From a virus: 64,000 nucleotides of DNA. The stretch covers positions 1 through 64,000 of the IMG/VR virus record IMGVR_UViG_3300010151_000007; one strand, 5' to 3'. Of this stretch, positions 1 to 7,715 are shown in pieces (positions within the stretch are counted from its first letter, which is position 1; each line of letters starts with the position of its first letter). Below the pieces are notes generated by a model that was given only the letters and a program-made list of their open reading frames with translations, made no database searches and had not been told where the DNA came from. The position numbers and the translations under genes are program-made.

Positions 1-90
1 CGCGCTTGCTATACATGGGCTGCTGGTGGACCTATCAGCGAAGACGACAAATCAATTGAATGGCAAAGTAAAAATGAAACTCCTACTTGA
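1..90 (+). CDS. 3' end of a phage protein truncated by the window start (…RACYTWAAGGPISEDDKSIEWQSKNETPT*)
   Basis: Frame 1 is open from base 1 to TGA at 88-90. The stop lies inside the leader repeat of the next gene. Not in the supplied track. Confidence 0.6.
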   Translation, partial: RACYTWAAGGPISEDDKSIEWQSKNETPT

Positions 91-454
91 AAATTGGAAT
101 TCGTTTTTAGCCGAAGAGAAAAAAACTATTATTGCTTATCACGGCAGTAATGTTCCGATTTACAAGTTTAGTCGAGATTATGGGGCACAAGGAGTCATGT
201 GGTTCTCTCAAAATAAAGACTTAATTCTCAGGGGAGAAAGCGGTGCTTGCTCAACCAAGTGGCTGATGACGGTAGAACTATCCGTTGATAGGACCGCTGG
301 CTGGGATGAGTACGATAAACTTGCTTTACAACAAATTGAAGATTCTGGATATGATAGCATTCTGCTCGATGATAATTGGGTTGTATTTGATCCAAAAAGA
401 ATCAAAGTTGTCAAGGTAGAAAAAACACCATGCAACATAAGGGGCGAACAATGA
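74..454 (+). CDS. Leader-bearing cargo protein, ADP-ribosyltransferase-like (H-type) domain
   Basis: Start moved to ATG 74 (MKLLLENWNSFLAEE). Motifs AYHGS, GVMWFS and GYDSI...VVFDPKRIK match the pattern of phage ART-like domains. Confidence 0.6.
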   Translation: MKLLLENWNSFLAEEKKTIIAYHGSNVPIYKFSRDYGAQGVMWFSQNKDLILRGESGACSTKWLMTVELSVDRTAGWDEYDKLALQQIEDSGYDSILLDDNWVVFDPKRIKVVKVEKTPCNIRGEQ

Positions 455-1083
455 AACTAATACTTGAAAATTGGCGGAAATACGTTAACGAAAATAAAGA
501 CTTGTTTACTTACATTAAGTCTGGTAGAAATCGGGATATATTTATGAATTATTCTGATACATATAACATTTATTTGGATTGGATCTCGTGGGATAAGAAG
601 GATCCTGCCGCCAGAGCTTATGTCAACCACTTTGATGAGATGGCCGCAAAGTATAGCGAGACAACAGGTGAATCTCCCTATTGGAAAAATCCCAGCGATA
701 TATGGGATGTCAAGCCGGAATTCTATAGATTTTTTGATCCCTCGGATCTTGTGGCCGCGATAAAACGGCAACAGGGTCGGTCAGATCCCGGTGCGGTGCG
801 TCGTCTCACCAAAAGACTTAAAAAGGATTATGATTCTATAGAAGCCGCAGAAGAAATGGCTAAAAAAACAAACGAACTGGCCAACCAAGCTTATAAGAGC
901 CTTATGAGTTATCGAAAAGAGTTTCTGGACCAAGGCGCCATTACCGGCGCGGAAGAAAATAAGCGAATCGTTGATCATTTGCCTTCTGCCTTTATTTATC
1001 GGCCATTCATGAATCCCCCAGGCTATGAAGGAACAGATCTGGCCGGTAAAGTCGATATCAGGGGAGCGCATTTAGAGCAATGA
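451..1083 (+). CDS. Leader-bearing hypothetical cargo protein
   Basis: Starts MKLILENWRKYVNE at ATG 451, in an ATGA overlap with the upstream stop. No recognisable domain. Confidence 0.75.
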   Translation: MKLILENWRKYVNENKDLFTYIKSGRNRDIFMNYSDTYNIYLDWISWDKKDPAARAYVNHFDEMAAKYSETTGESPYWKNPSDIWDVKPEFYRFFDPSDLVAAIKRQQGRSDPGAVRRLTKRLKKDYDSIEAAEEMAKKTNELANQAYKSLMSYRKEFLDQGAITGAEENKRIVDHLPSAFIYRPFMNPPGYEGTDLAGKVDIRGAHLEQ

Positions 1084-1631
1084 AACTCCTACTTGAAAAC
1101 TGGCGAAAGTATATAACAGAACAAACGGAAGTTTGGGGACATCATATTAGCCCAGAGGAAAAAGTCTTTGTTTCTGATAAACCTTATACAAGTTTTCGTA
1201 ACGTTCGACAGGAGACACCTGCACACTCGATGATTAAGCCTAAAGGTCTTTGGTATTCTTGCGGAGACAGTTGGGCCGAGTTCAGCAAACAGACATGGGA
1301 TCAAGTACGGGGAAATCACCTTTATGGGTTGGAACTAGGTGATAGTGTCCTTCAAATCTCAACAGAAGAAGAACTTGAACAGTTCATTGATAGGTTTTTG
1401 ACGCCGGGACAATTTGGAAAAGTTTTGGATTGGAAGAAAGTTCAAGACGAAGGGTATGCTGGTGTTGAAATCTGCCCTTATAACTGGGAAGCTCGCCAAC
1501 GTGCATTGAACGGGGATCCCAGATTTGAATGGTATTACACTTGGGACGTCGCTTCTGGATGTATATGGGATAGTAAAGGTGTAAAGAGTGTTAAGCTTTT
1601 AACGGAGAGAACAAATGAAACTCCTACTTGA
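1080..1631 (+). CDS. Leader-bearing cargo protein, possible ART-like fold
   Basis: Starts MKLLLENWRKYITE. KPKGLWYS, DWKKVQDEGYAGVEI and WYYTWDVASGCIWD resemble phage/giant-virus ART-like proteins. Confidence 0.55.
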   Translation: MKLLLENWRKYITEQTEVWGHHISPEEKVFVSDKPYTSFRNVRQETPAHSMIKPKGLWYSCGDSWAEFSKQTWDQVRGNHLYGLELGDSVLQISTEEELEQFIDRFLTPGQFGKVLDWKKVQDEGYAGVEICPYNWEARQRALNGDPRFEWYYTWDVASGCIWDSKGVKSVKLLTERTNETPT

Positions 1632-1689
1632 AAACTGGCGAAAGTATTTGAATGAGAGGGTTCTTCTTCCGTGTAGTTACTATTTATGA
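1615..1689 (+). pseudogene. Orphan leader without cargo (MKLLLENWRKYLNERVLLPCSYYL*)
   Basis: A perfect leader repeat followed by only 10 codons and TGA at 1687-1689. Confidence 0.7.
1679..1686 (+). promoter_or_regulatory. Putative late promoter element CTAnTTA (ACTATTTA)
   Basis: The same motif recurs just upstream of starts at 3074, 4902, 6960, 13370, 18409, 21421, 25187 and 51992. Confidence 0.55.
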
Positions 1690-1709
1690 GTGTCGACGGG
1701 GCACATAAA

Positions 1710-2000
1710 ATGAAAAAATTATTGAATGAATGGAAAGAGTTCGCGAGTAAAGAAAAGATTCAGGAATTGCCGGGCGGCGTTTCAACTTTCGATCGCAGCC
1801 GAATTGAAGGTTTTGCAAAGAAGTATCCAGATGCTGTCGCATTCATGCACGCCCATGAAGATGATCTGCTTCGCAAATGGCTTATGGTTATCAAACACCA
1901 AACCACCCCTGACGAAGCGAGGGCTTACGGAGAAGTCACCATTGGCTTCCAAGAAGCACCGAAATTGGATGCAGTCCAAGAGATGGATTTTAAAGAATGA
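1710..2000 (+). CDS. Small hypothetical cargo protein with variant leader
   Basis: Starts MKKLLNEWKEF at ATG 1710; ATGA-coupled to the next gene. Confidence 0.65.
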   Translation: MKKLLNEWKEFASKEKIQELPGGVSTFDRSRIEGFAKKYPDAVAFMHAHEDDLLRKWLMVIKHQTTPDEARAYGEVTIGFQEAPKLDAVQEMDFKE

Positions 2001-2725
2001 GAAGACTTCTTCAAGAGTTTCAGCATTTCCTCTCTGAAAATCGTGGGCTGCCCGGTTCTATTTTACGGATCGAAGAAAAGATGAGAGATCTCTATTCTCG
2101 ATATGAAGATGATCATTGGGAAACAATTTTTGTAAGATTCCGCACATTCCTCAAACGTCATTCTGGTTTTGAAAGATTGGGTGGCGGTTCTTTTCGTGAG
2201 ACATTCGCCTTCAAAGACAACAATGAGTTTGTGATCAAGATTGCAAAGTACAACGAATATAAAGGATACCGGGGTGGTGCAGGGTCTGCTCGCACATATA
2301 ATAAAAATGAAGCAAACCAGGAAATGCACACCAAGTATCCATCACTCTTTCCCAAAGTCTTCTATGCCGCCCCGGATGATTCTTGGTATATCACTCAACG
2401 AGTATATGTTGCAAAGGATGACCATACTTTAGCTCAAATGTTCGATGCGTCCTCGTGGTACGATGTTGTCGATTTTGTTTTGGTTATTCGTGTAGTAATC
2501 AGAAACGGTGATTCCTTCGAAGATGTCGAAACAGATAAAAAATATAAAATTCACCAACACGTATGGAGGAGAACAAAGAAATTTCTTCAATACCCTCAAC
2601 TTGTTGAATGGGCCAAAGCATCTGTTGAATTTGACGTTGACGTTGACGATGTTCGTTTCGGCAATGCCGGCTGGGTTATTGAAGATGGTCAGAAACGATT
2701 CATTATCCTTGACTATATGCTCTGA
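1997..2725 (+). CDS. Minimal protein-kinase-like cargo protein
   Basis: Leader MRRLLQEFQHFLSE, Gly-loop LGGGSFRETF, VIKIA lysine, NKNE glutamate, catalytic DVRFGN and DFG-like LDY. Confidence 0.75.
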   Translation: MRRLLQEFQHFLSENRGLPGSILRIEEKMRDLYSRYEDDHWETIFVRFRTFLKRHSGFERLGGGSFRETFAFKDNNEFVIKIAKYNEYKGYRGGAGSARTYNKNEANQEMHTKYPSLFPKVFYAAPDDSWYITQRVYVAKDDHTLAQMFDASSWYDVVDFVLVIRVVIRNGDSFEDVETDKKYKIHQHVWRRTKKFLQYPQLVEWAKASVEFDVDVDDVRFGNAGWVIEDGQKRFIILDYML

Positions 2726-2780
2726 ATAAAGAGGGTAACAAGAAACGTTTCGTAATCTTAGGCTATATTTTAGACTAGGC

Positions 2781-2808
2781 TTGACATTTTCCCTCTATCG
2801 GTTAAGTC
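2781..2808 (+). promoter_or_regulatory. Sigma70-like promoter TTGACA-N16-TAAGTC with CGGT before the -10
   Basis: Read directly; followed by the RBS AGGAGG and ATG 2824. Confidence 0.65.
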
Positions 2809-2823
2809 ATAGGAGGAAGAAAA

Positions 2824-3036
2824 ATGAAAACAGAAGAATTTTGGTTGAACGAGACTTATAACTTTCTTGGCACAATGCTTGAGATTGTGGAGCACGCGAA
2901 GTCTTTGACAGATTCATTTGAAGAGCAATTATTGTTCACAGAATCCGAACACCAGGACATGCGCGATCGATACGAAGACATACAACATCAATTGGCGGCA
3001 ATTCAGGAGAAGTTCGAAAAAATAATCAGTGCTTAA
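2824..3036 (+). CDS. Small acidic coiled-coil hypothetical protein
   Basis: 70 aa, with its own promoter, a strong RBS and a downstream terminator. Confidence 0.75.
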   Translation: MKTEEFWLNETYNFLGTMLEIVEHAKSLTDSFEEQLLFTESEHQDMRDRYEDIQHQLAAIQEKFEKIISA

Positions 3037-3040
3037 CCCA

Positions 3041-3064
3041 AAAGACTCGAAAGAGTCTTTCTTA
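3041..3064 (+). terminator. Rho-independent terminator
   Basis: AAAGACTC-GAAA-GAGTCTTT hairpin with a GNRA loop and a T-rich tail. Confidence 0.75.
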
Positions 3065-3085
3065 CTTTTGAGACCTATTTAACCC

Positions 3086-4405
3086 ATGAACAATAAATAC
3101 AAACAATTCCTCAATGAATCAACCTATTCTTTCGATTATGATTCCACACTTATCAAATATCGTTATGAGCGTGACGAGAATGGTGAGATCGAAGATGTGG
3201 TCTATGACCAGCCGCACGATGTCAATATCGGTAAACTTCAAGACCTTGCCTCAAAAGGCCATAGAATCGTCATAGTGACCTCTAGAGTGCTCCCTAAGGC
3301 AGATGGAACCCAGTTTGCCTGGGATGACACCCCTGGTCCGGAGCAGTTTATTAGGGACCACGGTTTACCTGTGGAGGAAGTTTTTTACACAGATGGAAAA
3401 CCAAAGATCGACACTCTTGTTAAGCTTGGCGTCGTGGCCCATTGGGATGATGATGAGAACGAAATCGAACACATCGATCGATGGAACCGAGAGAATCCAG
3501 ATAAAAGGATCAAGTGGTACCAAGTTCCAGTTGAAGAAGGTTTGACCGAGGCGCTTCGCTCCAAGGTTATCAAATTGATTGATGAAAATCAGAACGCAAA
3601 TTTAGAACAAATGATTATGGACCAGTTCTCTTCTCACCCATCAGGTCGTCCTTATGAAAATTCACAACTGACAGAAGAAGTAAATTTGGACAACATCCTT
3701 TCAGGATTTGATGACAGATATCTATTAGGTTTTATCAGGCGCTTGAAAGAGGGTACTTTAGAAAGAGAAGGTCTTCGCGACGTCCTGACTGCAAGATCAA
3801 TTTATTTGTTCACAACACATAGTGTCAAGACTTTAAGAGATCCTGAACTTTTCGATTCTGATAAAGCTCGCGGCATTATTGCGGGGACTTCATACTTTTT
3901 AGGCTTTAGAGGGCCAGGGGTGATATCCGGAAAAAAGGCGACGGCGTTGTTTGCCAAAATACCGACAAAACTTATCTACCAAATTGCAAATAACATCGTC
4001 GTCAAGCTTGCAAGGCTTGAAAATCCGTTGGGGACCACAACTATTTCTCGCGGAATGGTTTTGCCAACCACGGCGGTCGATGAATTGATTCAAAACGGTG
4101 TAGGTACGACTTTCAACATGCGGAGCATTGCTTCGTGGACAGATGATTTCGATACGGCGTTTAGTTTTGCGAGGGGAGCCCATGAGACAAAGATAAAAGA
4201 AGATGACAAAAATAGAGAAGAATATCAAAAAGTATTATTTGTCGCCGAAAACTCAAAGTTTGGAATCGGTATCGAAGATCTTAGTGGATATTCATCGGAA
4301 CAAGAATATATAGTGGGTGGTCGCCAAATGATTATTAAACAAGTCATTATTAAACGACCACTGAAAGGAGCGTCTTGGGCAATCATCAAGGTTGAACTTC
4401 GTTAA
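3086..4405 (+). CDS. HAD phosphatase fused to an R-S-E type ADP-ribosyltransferase domain
   Basis: Leader ends FLNE. HAD motifs DYDST, VTSR, GKPK and WDDD. C-terminal SRGM, SIASWT and SEQEY form an ART triad. Confidence 0.75.
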   Translation: MNNKYKQFLNESTYSFDYDSTLIKYRYERDENGEIEDVVYDQPHDVNIGKLQDLASKGHRIVIVTSRVLPKADGTQFAWDDTPGPEQFIRDHGLPVEEVFYTDGKPKIDTLVKLGVVAHWDDDENEIEHIDRWNRENPDKRIKWYQVPVEEGLTEALRSKVIKLIDENQNANLEQMIMDQFSSHPSGRPYENSQLTEEVNLDNILSGFDDRYLLGFIRRLKEGTLEREGLRDVLTARSIYLFTTHSVKTLRDPELFDSDKARGIIAGTSYFLGFRGPGVISGKKATALFAKIPTKLIYQIANNIVVKLARLENPLGTTTISRGMVLPTTAVDELIQNGVGTTFNMRSIASWTDDFDTAFSFARGAHETKIKEDDKNREEYQKVLFVAENSKFGIGIEDLSGYSSEQEYIVGGRQMIIKQVIIKRPLKGASWAIIKVELR

Positions 4406-4689
4406 GTCAACCTAGTCCAGCCTTGTTCGTGATAATAGGACTTAAACTTATCCAGTGTGACTTTTGAAAATCGTTGTGAATTAATGTGGAATATCTCTAT
4501 TATTTTTTTAGAGTATTCCACTTTTGTCGTTACGAAGTAGGTTTGTGTGATTTCGCAAAACCACAATTCACCCGTGCGAACGCGAAAAGTGTCCCTCCAG
4601 GCGACCGAATGACTTGTGTCCCATTCGTGCGGCGCATAAGTATCGGATATCGCTGGATTCCATTTTCTTTTCACGTATGTTTCATCCAC
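4402..4689 (-). CDS. Small hypothetical protein, paralog of 4671..4895
   Basis: RTGELWF...YFV and a C-terminal GW shared with its neighbour. Its stop overlaps the stop of 3086..4405. Confidence 0.6.
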   Translation of the reverse strand: MDETYVKRKWNPAISDTYAPHEWDTSHSVAWRDTFRVRTGELWFCEITQTYFVTTKVEYSKKIIEIFHINSQRFSKVTLDKFKSYYHEQGWTRLT

Positions 4690-4895
4690 CCGGTTTCCCG
4701 TGTCTTGTCGTCGACCATCGATGCAATGCTTTGTACATATGTTGTTTGAAAAGCTACGTCATATATTTTTACATATTCGCTCCCAGAACCAAACATATTC
4801 TGTCTGATGTACGGTTCAGATGAAATGATAAAATAGAAACGCATGTCTAATACGCGATGTGACCATAATTGGCCTTTCTTCGGCTCCTCTTTCAT
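4671..4895 (-). CDS. Small hypothetical protein (SH3/KOW-like)
   Basis: KKGQLWS...YFI and a C-terminal GW. Upstream GAGG RBS and promoter on the minus strand. Confidence 0.65.
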   Translation of the reverse strand: MKEEPKKGQLWSHRVLDMRFYFIISSEPYIRQNMFGSGSEYVKIYDVAFQTTYVQSIASMVDDKTRETGWMKHT

Positions 4896-4922
4896 GTTTC
4901 CTCTATTTACTTGTATACTGAC

Positions 4923-4951
4923 AATGTAACCGATTTGGAGTCAAATGACAA
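4923..4951 (-). promoter_or_regulatory. Sigma70-like promoter TTGTCA-N17-TACATT with CGGT before the -10
   Basis: Reverse-complement read. It precedes the two minus-strand genes and overlaps the ATG of 4945..6477. Confidence 0.55.
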
Positions 4952-6477
4952 ACGAAAAATACATCAAAGATTTTAGATTGAAACTTCTAAAAGAGAATTT
5001 GAGTGCGAACCTCGAAATGTTGATAAACCAACAATTGACTTCTCACCCCTCTGGTCGAGAATACAACGATGCGATCGATGGCATGATCGCTGAAGAGGTT
5101 AATATTGAAAACATTTTATCTGGTTTTGATATTACCTATCTCAAAGGACTCATTAATCGCTCCAAAACCAGAAGACCTCAAGACTTTGCCCACGACTCCA
5201 CAATTAAAGATTTGATCGCAGCTTATGCTATCTGGATGTTCACTGTCGCTAACGTGGAAACAGTGAGGAACCCAGACAATTTCAGTTCAGATTCTGCCAA
5301 GCCCCTCGCCTACAACAACCCTTCGTTAGTTTACAGCTACAGAGGTGAGATGAAGGAGCTTCCTGATGAGAGTCCTTACAAAAAGTTCGCTAGAATCAGG
5401 CACAAAATTCCTACAAAAATGTGGTATCAAATATCCAACCACATCGTTTCTACTCTTGCCTCAATGCCGCATCCATGGGGGCAACAAGTTGTTTTTCGTG
5501 GAATGAAGCTACCGCTAGAGGCTGTAAAGGCGCTGAAAGCTGGCGAGAATTTCAATATGATGAGAATAGGTTCATGGTCCACCGACGGCGTGATGGCAGA
5601 ATCATATGCCTTGAGGTACGATAGGAACTCGCTTAAAAATTGGAAACCTGTCTTGTTCCATGGTCTGACCAAGATTGGCGCACCAGTGGACATGTTCAGT
5701 GGATTCCGATTAGAGAACGAGGTGGTGGTTGGTGGTGGTCAAATGAAAATCCTCAAAATCGATTCAGACGACGATATCACCGTTGTACAAATCAGAATAG
5801 AACAAGGTACTCAATTACAACAAGAGGTGCTTCCGAAGCGGGCGCGCAAGGCGGTTGCCACAGCCGCACTAGGGGCCGCCCTGGGCGGCGGTATAGGGGC
5901 GGGAGCAGCTTCTAGCCTCGTGGGCGATCGAGGTATCACACCAAGAGTTGAACAACCTGTAGACACCACACAGAGCGTTGAAGACGAAGGGCCAGAAGCC
6001 ACCCGAAAAATGCCAACCGATGGCACATTTGATTGGTCGATGTCCCCCGATCCAACAATGATCTGGATTAGTCCAGATCAAATTCCAGATGATTATATTT
6101 TACCATCATCGGGTAAAACAGCGGGAGAATGGCGACACGAACTAATGAACAAAAAAATGAAGAGAGGCGGAAACACTTGGGATATAGATGACCTTAAAAG
6201 AGTTCTGTTTTCCAATGCGGCGGCATGGGGTTATTCAACTTCTAAAAACGTAATCGCGTTTGACAGACACCCCGATCATGGTTACAGGATGCTGCCCCCA
6301 AAATGGTCACTTGCTTATGAAGTTTACGAAAAAAAGATAGGTATAGAGAGAATGGAGGCAGTTTTGCAAAAAAGTGATCAAGAGCAAGCTCAAATTGCAC
6401 AGAATCTTGACCTAACTGCTGGGGAACTACGAAAAAAGTTACAATTAGCCTTGTCAAATTTGAGGGGCGCAAAATGA
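4945..6477 (+). CDS. R-S-E ADP-ribosyltransferase (paralog of the 3086 C-domain) fused to a membrane-anchored C-terminal domain
   Basis: VFRGM, IGSWST and LENEV motifs. Shares SHPSGR.Y...EEVN..NILSGFD with 3086..4405. A hydrophobic Gly/Ala helix follows LQQE-VLPKRARK. Confidence 0.72.
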   Translation: MTNEKYIKDFRLKLLKENLSANLEMLINQQLTSHPSGREYNDAIDGMIAEEVNIENILSGFDITYLKGLINRSKTRRPQDFAHDSTIKDLIAAYAIWMFTVANVETVRNPDNFSSDSAKPLAYNNPSLVYSYRGEMKELPDESPYKKFARIRHKIPTKMWYQISNHIVSTLASMPHPWGQQVVFRGMKLPLEAVKALKAGENFNMMRIGSWSTDGVMAESYALRYDRNSLKNWKPVLFHGLTKIGAPVDMFSGFRLENEVVVGGGQMKILKIDSDDDITVVQIRIEQGTQLQQEVLPKRARKAVATAALGAALGGGIGAGAASSLVGDRGITPRVEQPVDTTQSVEDEGPEATRKMPTDGTFDWSMSPDPTMIWISPDQIPDDYILPSSGKTAGEWRHELMNKKMKRGGNTWDIDDLKRVLFSNAAAWGYSTSKNVIAFDRHPDHGYRMLPPKWSLAYEVYEKKIGIERMEAVLQKSDQEQAQIAQNLDLTAGELRKKLQLALSNLRGAK

Positions 6478-6496
6478 AAAAGAAACAAAAGAAGAA

Positions 6497-6751
6497 ATGA
6501 AAGGGAGTCTGATAAGGAGGCGATTGTTTCATTACATAGTCCACCTTGTAAGAACAACCGAAAGCGTAAAATATGAATACGGAGTCGTGATTTCAGACGA
6601 AAAGACGGAAACAATCCAATATGGTTTATCCTTTTATTCTGGAGATGACACCTATGACGTTGAAATGTGCTACATTGAGATATATTGGCTCAAAACAGGT
6701 GAACAAACAAGAGAGTATCTACCATTGGACGTCAAACTTGAGCTTCTATAA
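6497..6751 (+). CDS. Small SH3-like hypothetical protein
   Basis: KGSLIRR...YGVVIS...IEIYW pattern. Confidence 0.6.
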   Translation: MKGSLIRRRLFHYIVHLVRTTESVKYEYGVVISDEKTETIQYGLSFYSGDDTYDVEMCYIEIYWLKTGEQTREYLPLDVKLELL

Positions 6752-6953
6752 TGAAAAATACGAGAAACTGCTTGGTCGTCTGTTGTTGATAACTTATTCA
6801 CCGGACGTAACCTATGGTATTATAACAAAATACGACCAATATCATGTTTACATCTTCGTGCTGAAGCGTTTTGGAAGAGAGCGGTGCGTGATGCCGATGC
6901 GGACCTTCATTTTTGACAACATGATTGATCATAAACTATATAAATTGCTATAA
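6738..6953 (+). CDS. Small SH3-like hypothetical protein
   Basis: Likely TTG start at 6738 within the track ORF 6621..6953. LGRLLL...YGIITK...VYIF pattern. Confidence 0.5.
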   Translation: MSFYNEKYEKLLGRLLLITYSPDVTYGIITKYDQYHVYIFVLKRFGRERCVMPMRTFIFDNMIDHKLYKLL

Positions 6954-6971
6954 AAAGAGTCTATTTATACT

Positions 6972-7706
6972 ATGAGCAGAGAAATATTAAATTATAACAC
7001 CAAATTTCTGTCAGATTTGGTTCAAATTCACGATCGCGACTCAAAACACACTCACAGAATGAATAACCTCCTCGGAGGGCTGGACAAAGAACAGATTTAC
7101 AATCTTTTGTCTTTGATTTCCACGACAAATTCATCTAAATTCATGAAGATTGCAGGTTCAGGCACGGTGGGACTTGTTTTTGAAATGGATAACGGAAATA
7201 TGCTCAAATTCTTTAGGAGTAGGTACACTGATGACCTTGAGTGGTATGAAGATATCAAGAGAAAGCGAGACTCCGGTACAGACAGCACTGCGGAACCTTA
7301 CATTTACGATTTTGGGGACATTGGGGAGTTCAAATGGGTTGAAATGGGCAAATTAGTCCCTTTTGAGGACTATTTTGAGCATTCTGGTCGTGATTCTGCT
7401 GCCATCGCCGATATTTTAGTCTATTTCACCTCGATAGTTGAAGATTATTATGAGAACAAAGAAGGAACTCTTGAAAACGAAGAGTATAAAGAAAGATATG
7501 CTCGCAATCTAGAGAGCCTGAAGGAAGAATCAAAACGATATAATGTTACTATGGCAGAAATAAGCGAAATATTTCATATGGCGTTCGAAATGGCAAAGAT
7601 CCACGGGGTTGAGCAAGCTTTCGGAGATTTTCATATGGGTAATATCGGTATAATTCATAGTACCGCCAAGACAGATCAACCAAAATTTGTACTGTTTGAT
7701 AAATAA
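6972..7706 (+). CDS. Minimal protein-kinase-like protein
   Basis: AGSGTVGLVF, MLKFF, DLEW, catalytic DFHMGN and terminal VLFD. Late-type motif immediately upstream. Confidence 0.75.
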   Translation: MSREILNYNTKFLSDLVQIHDRDSKHTHRMNNLLGGLDKEQIYNLLSLISTTNSSKFMKIAGSGTVGLVFEMDNGNMLKFFRSRYTDDLEWYEDIKRKRDSGTDSTAEPYIYDFGDIGEFKWVEMGKLVPFEDYFEHSGRDSAAIADILVYFTSIVEDYYENKEGTLENEEYKERYARNLESLKEESKRYNVTMAEISEIFHMAFEMAKIHGVEQAFGDFHMGNIGIIHSTAKTDQPKFVLFDK

Positions 7707-7715
7707 GGATAAAAC

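Larger units (their letters stand above)
74..1647 (+). repeat. Four dispersed copies of a ~33-nt leader repeat ATGAAACTCCTACTTGAAAAYTGG(CGAAAGTAT) at 74, 451, 1080 and 1615
   Basis: Read directly. The copies at 1080 and 1615 are identical over 33 nt; those at 74 and 451 differ at a few positions. Confidence 0.95.

Noticed and set aside
74-1647. The 33-nt repeats as a CRISPR array
   Set aside because: Spacing is hundreds of bases and irregular, the intervals are whole genes, and the repeat is a coding N-terminus.
6452-6457. Minus-strand TTGACA as another antisense promoter
   Set aside because: No -10-like hexamer at a 16-18 nt spacing.
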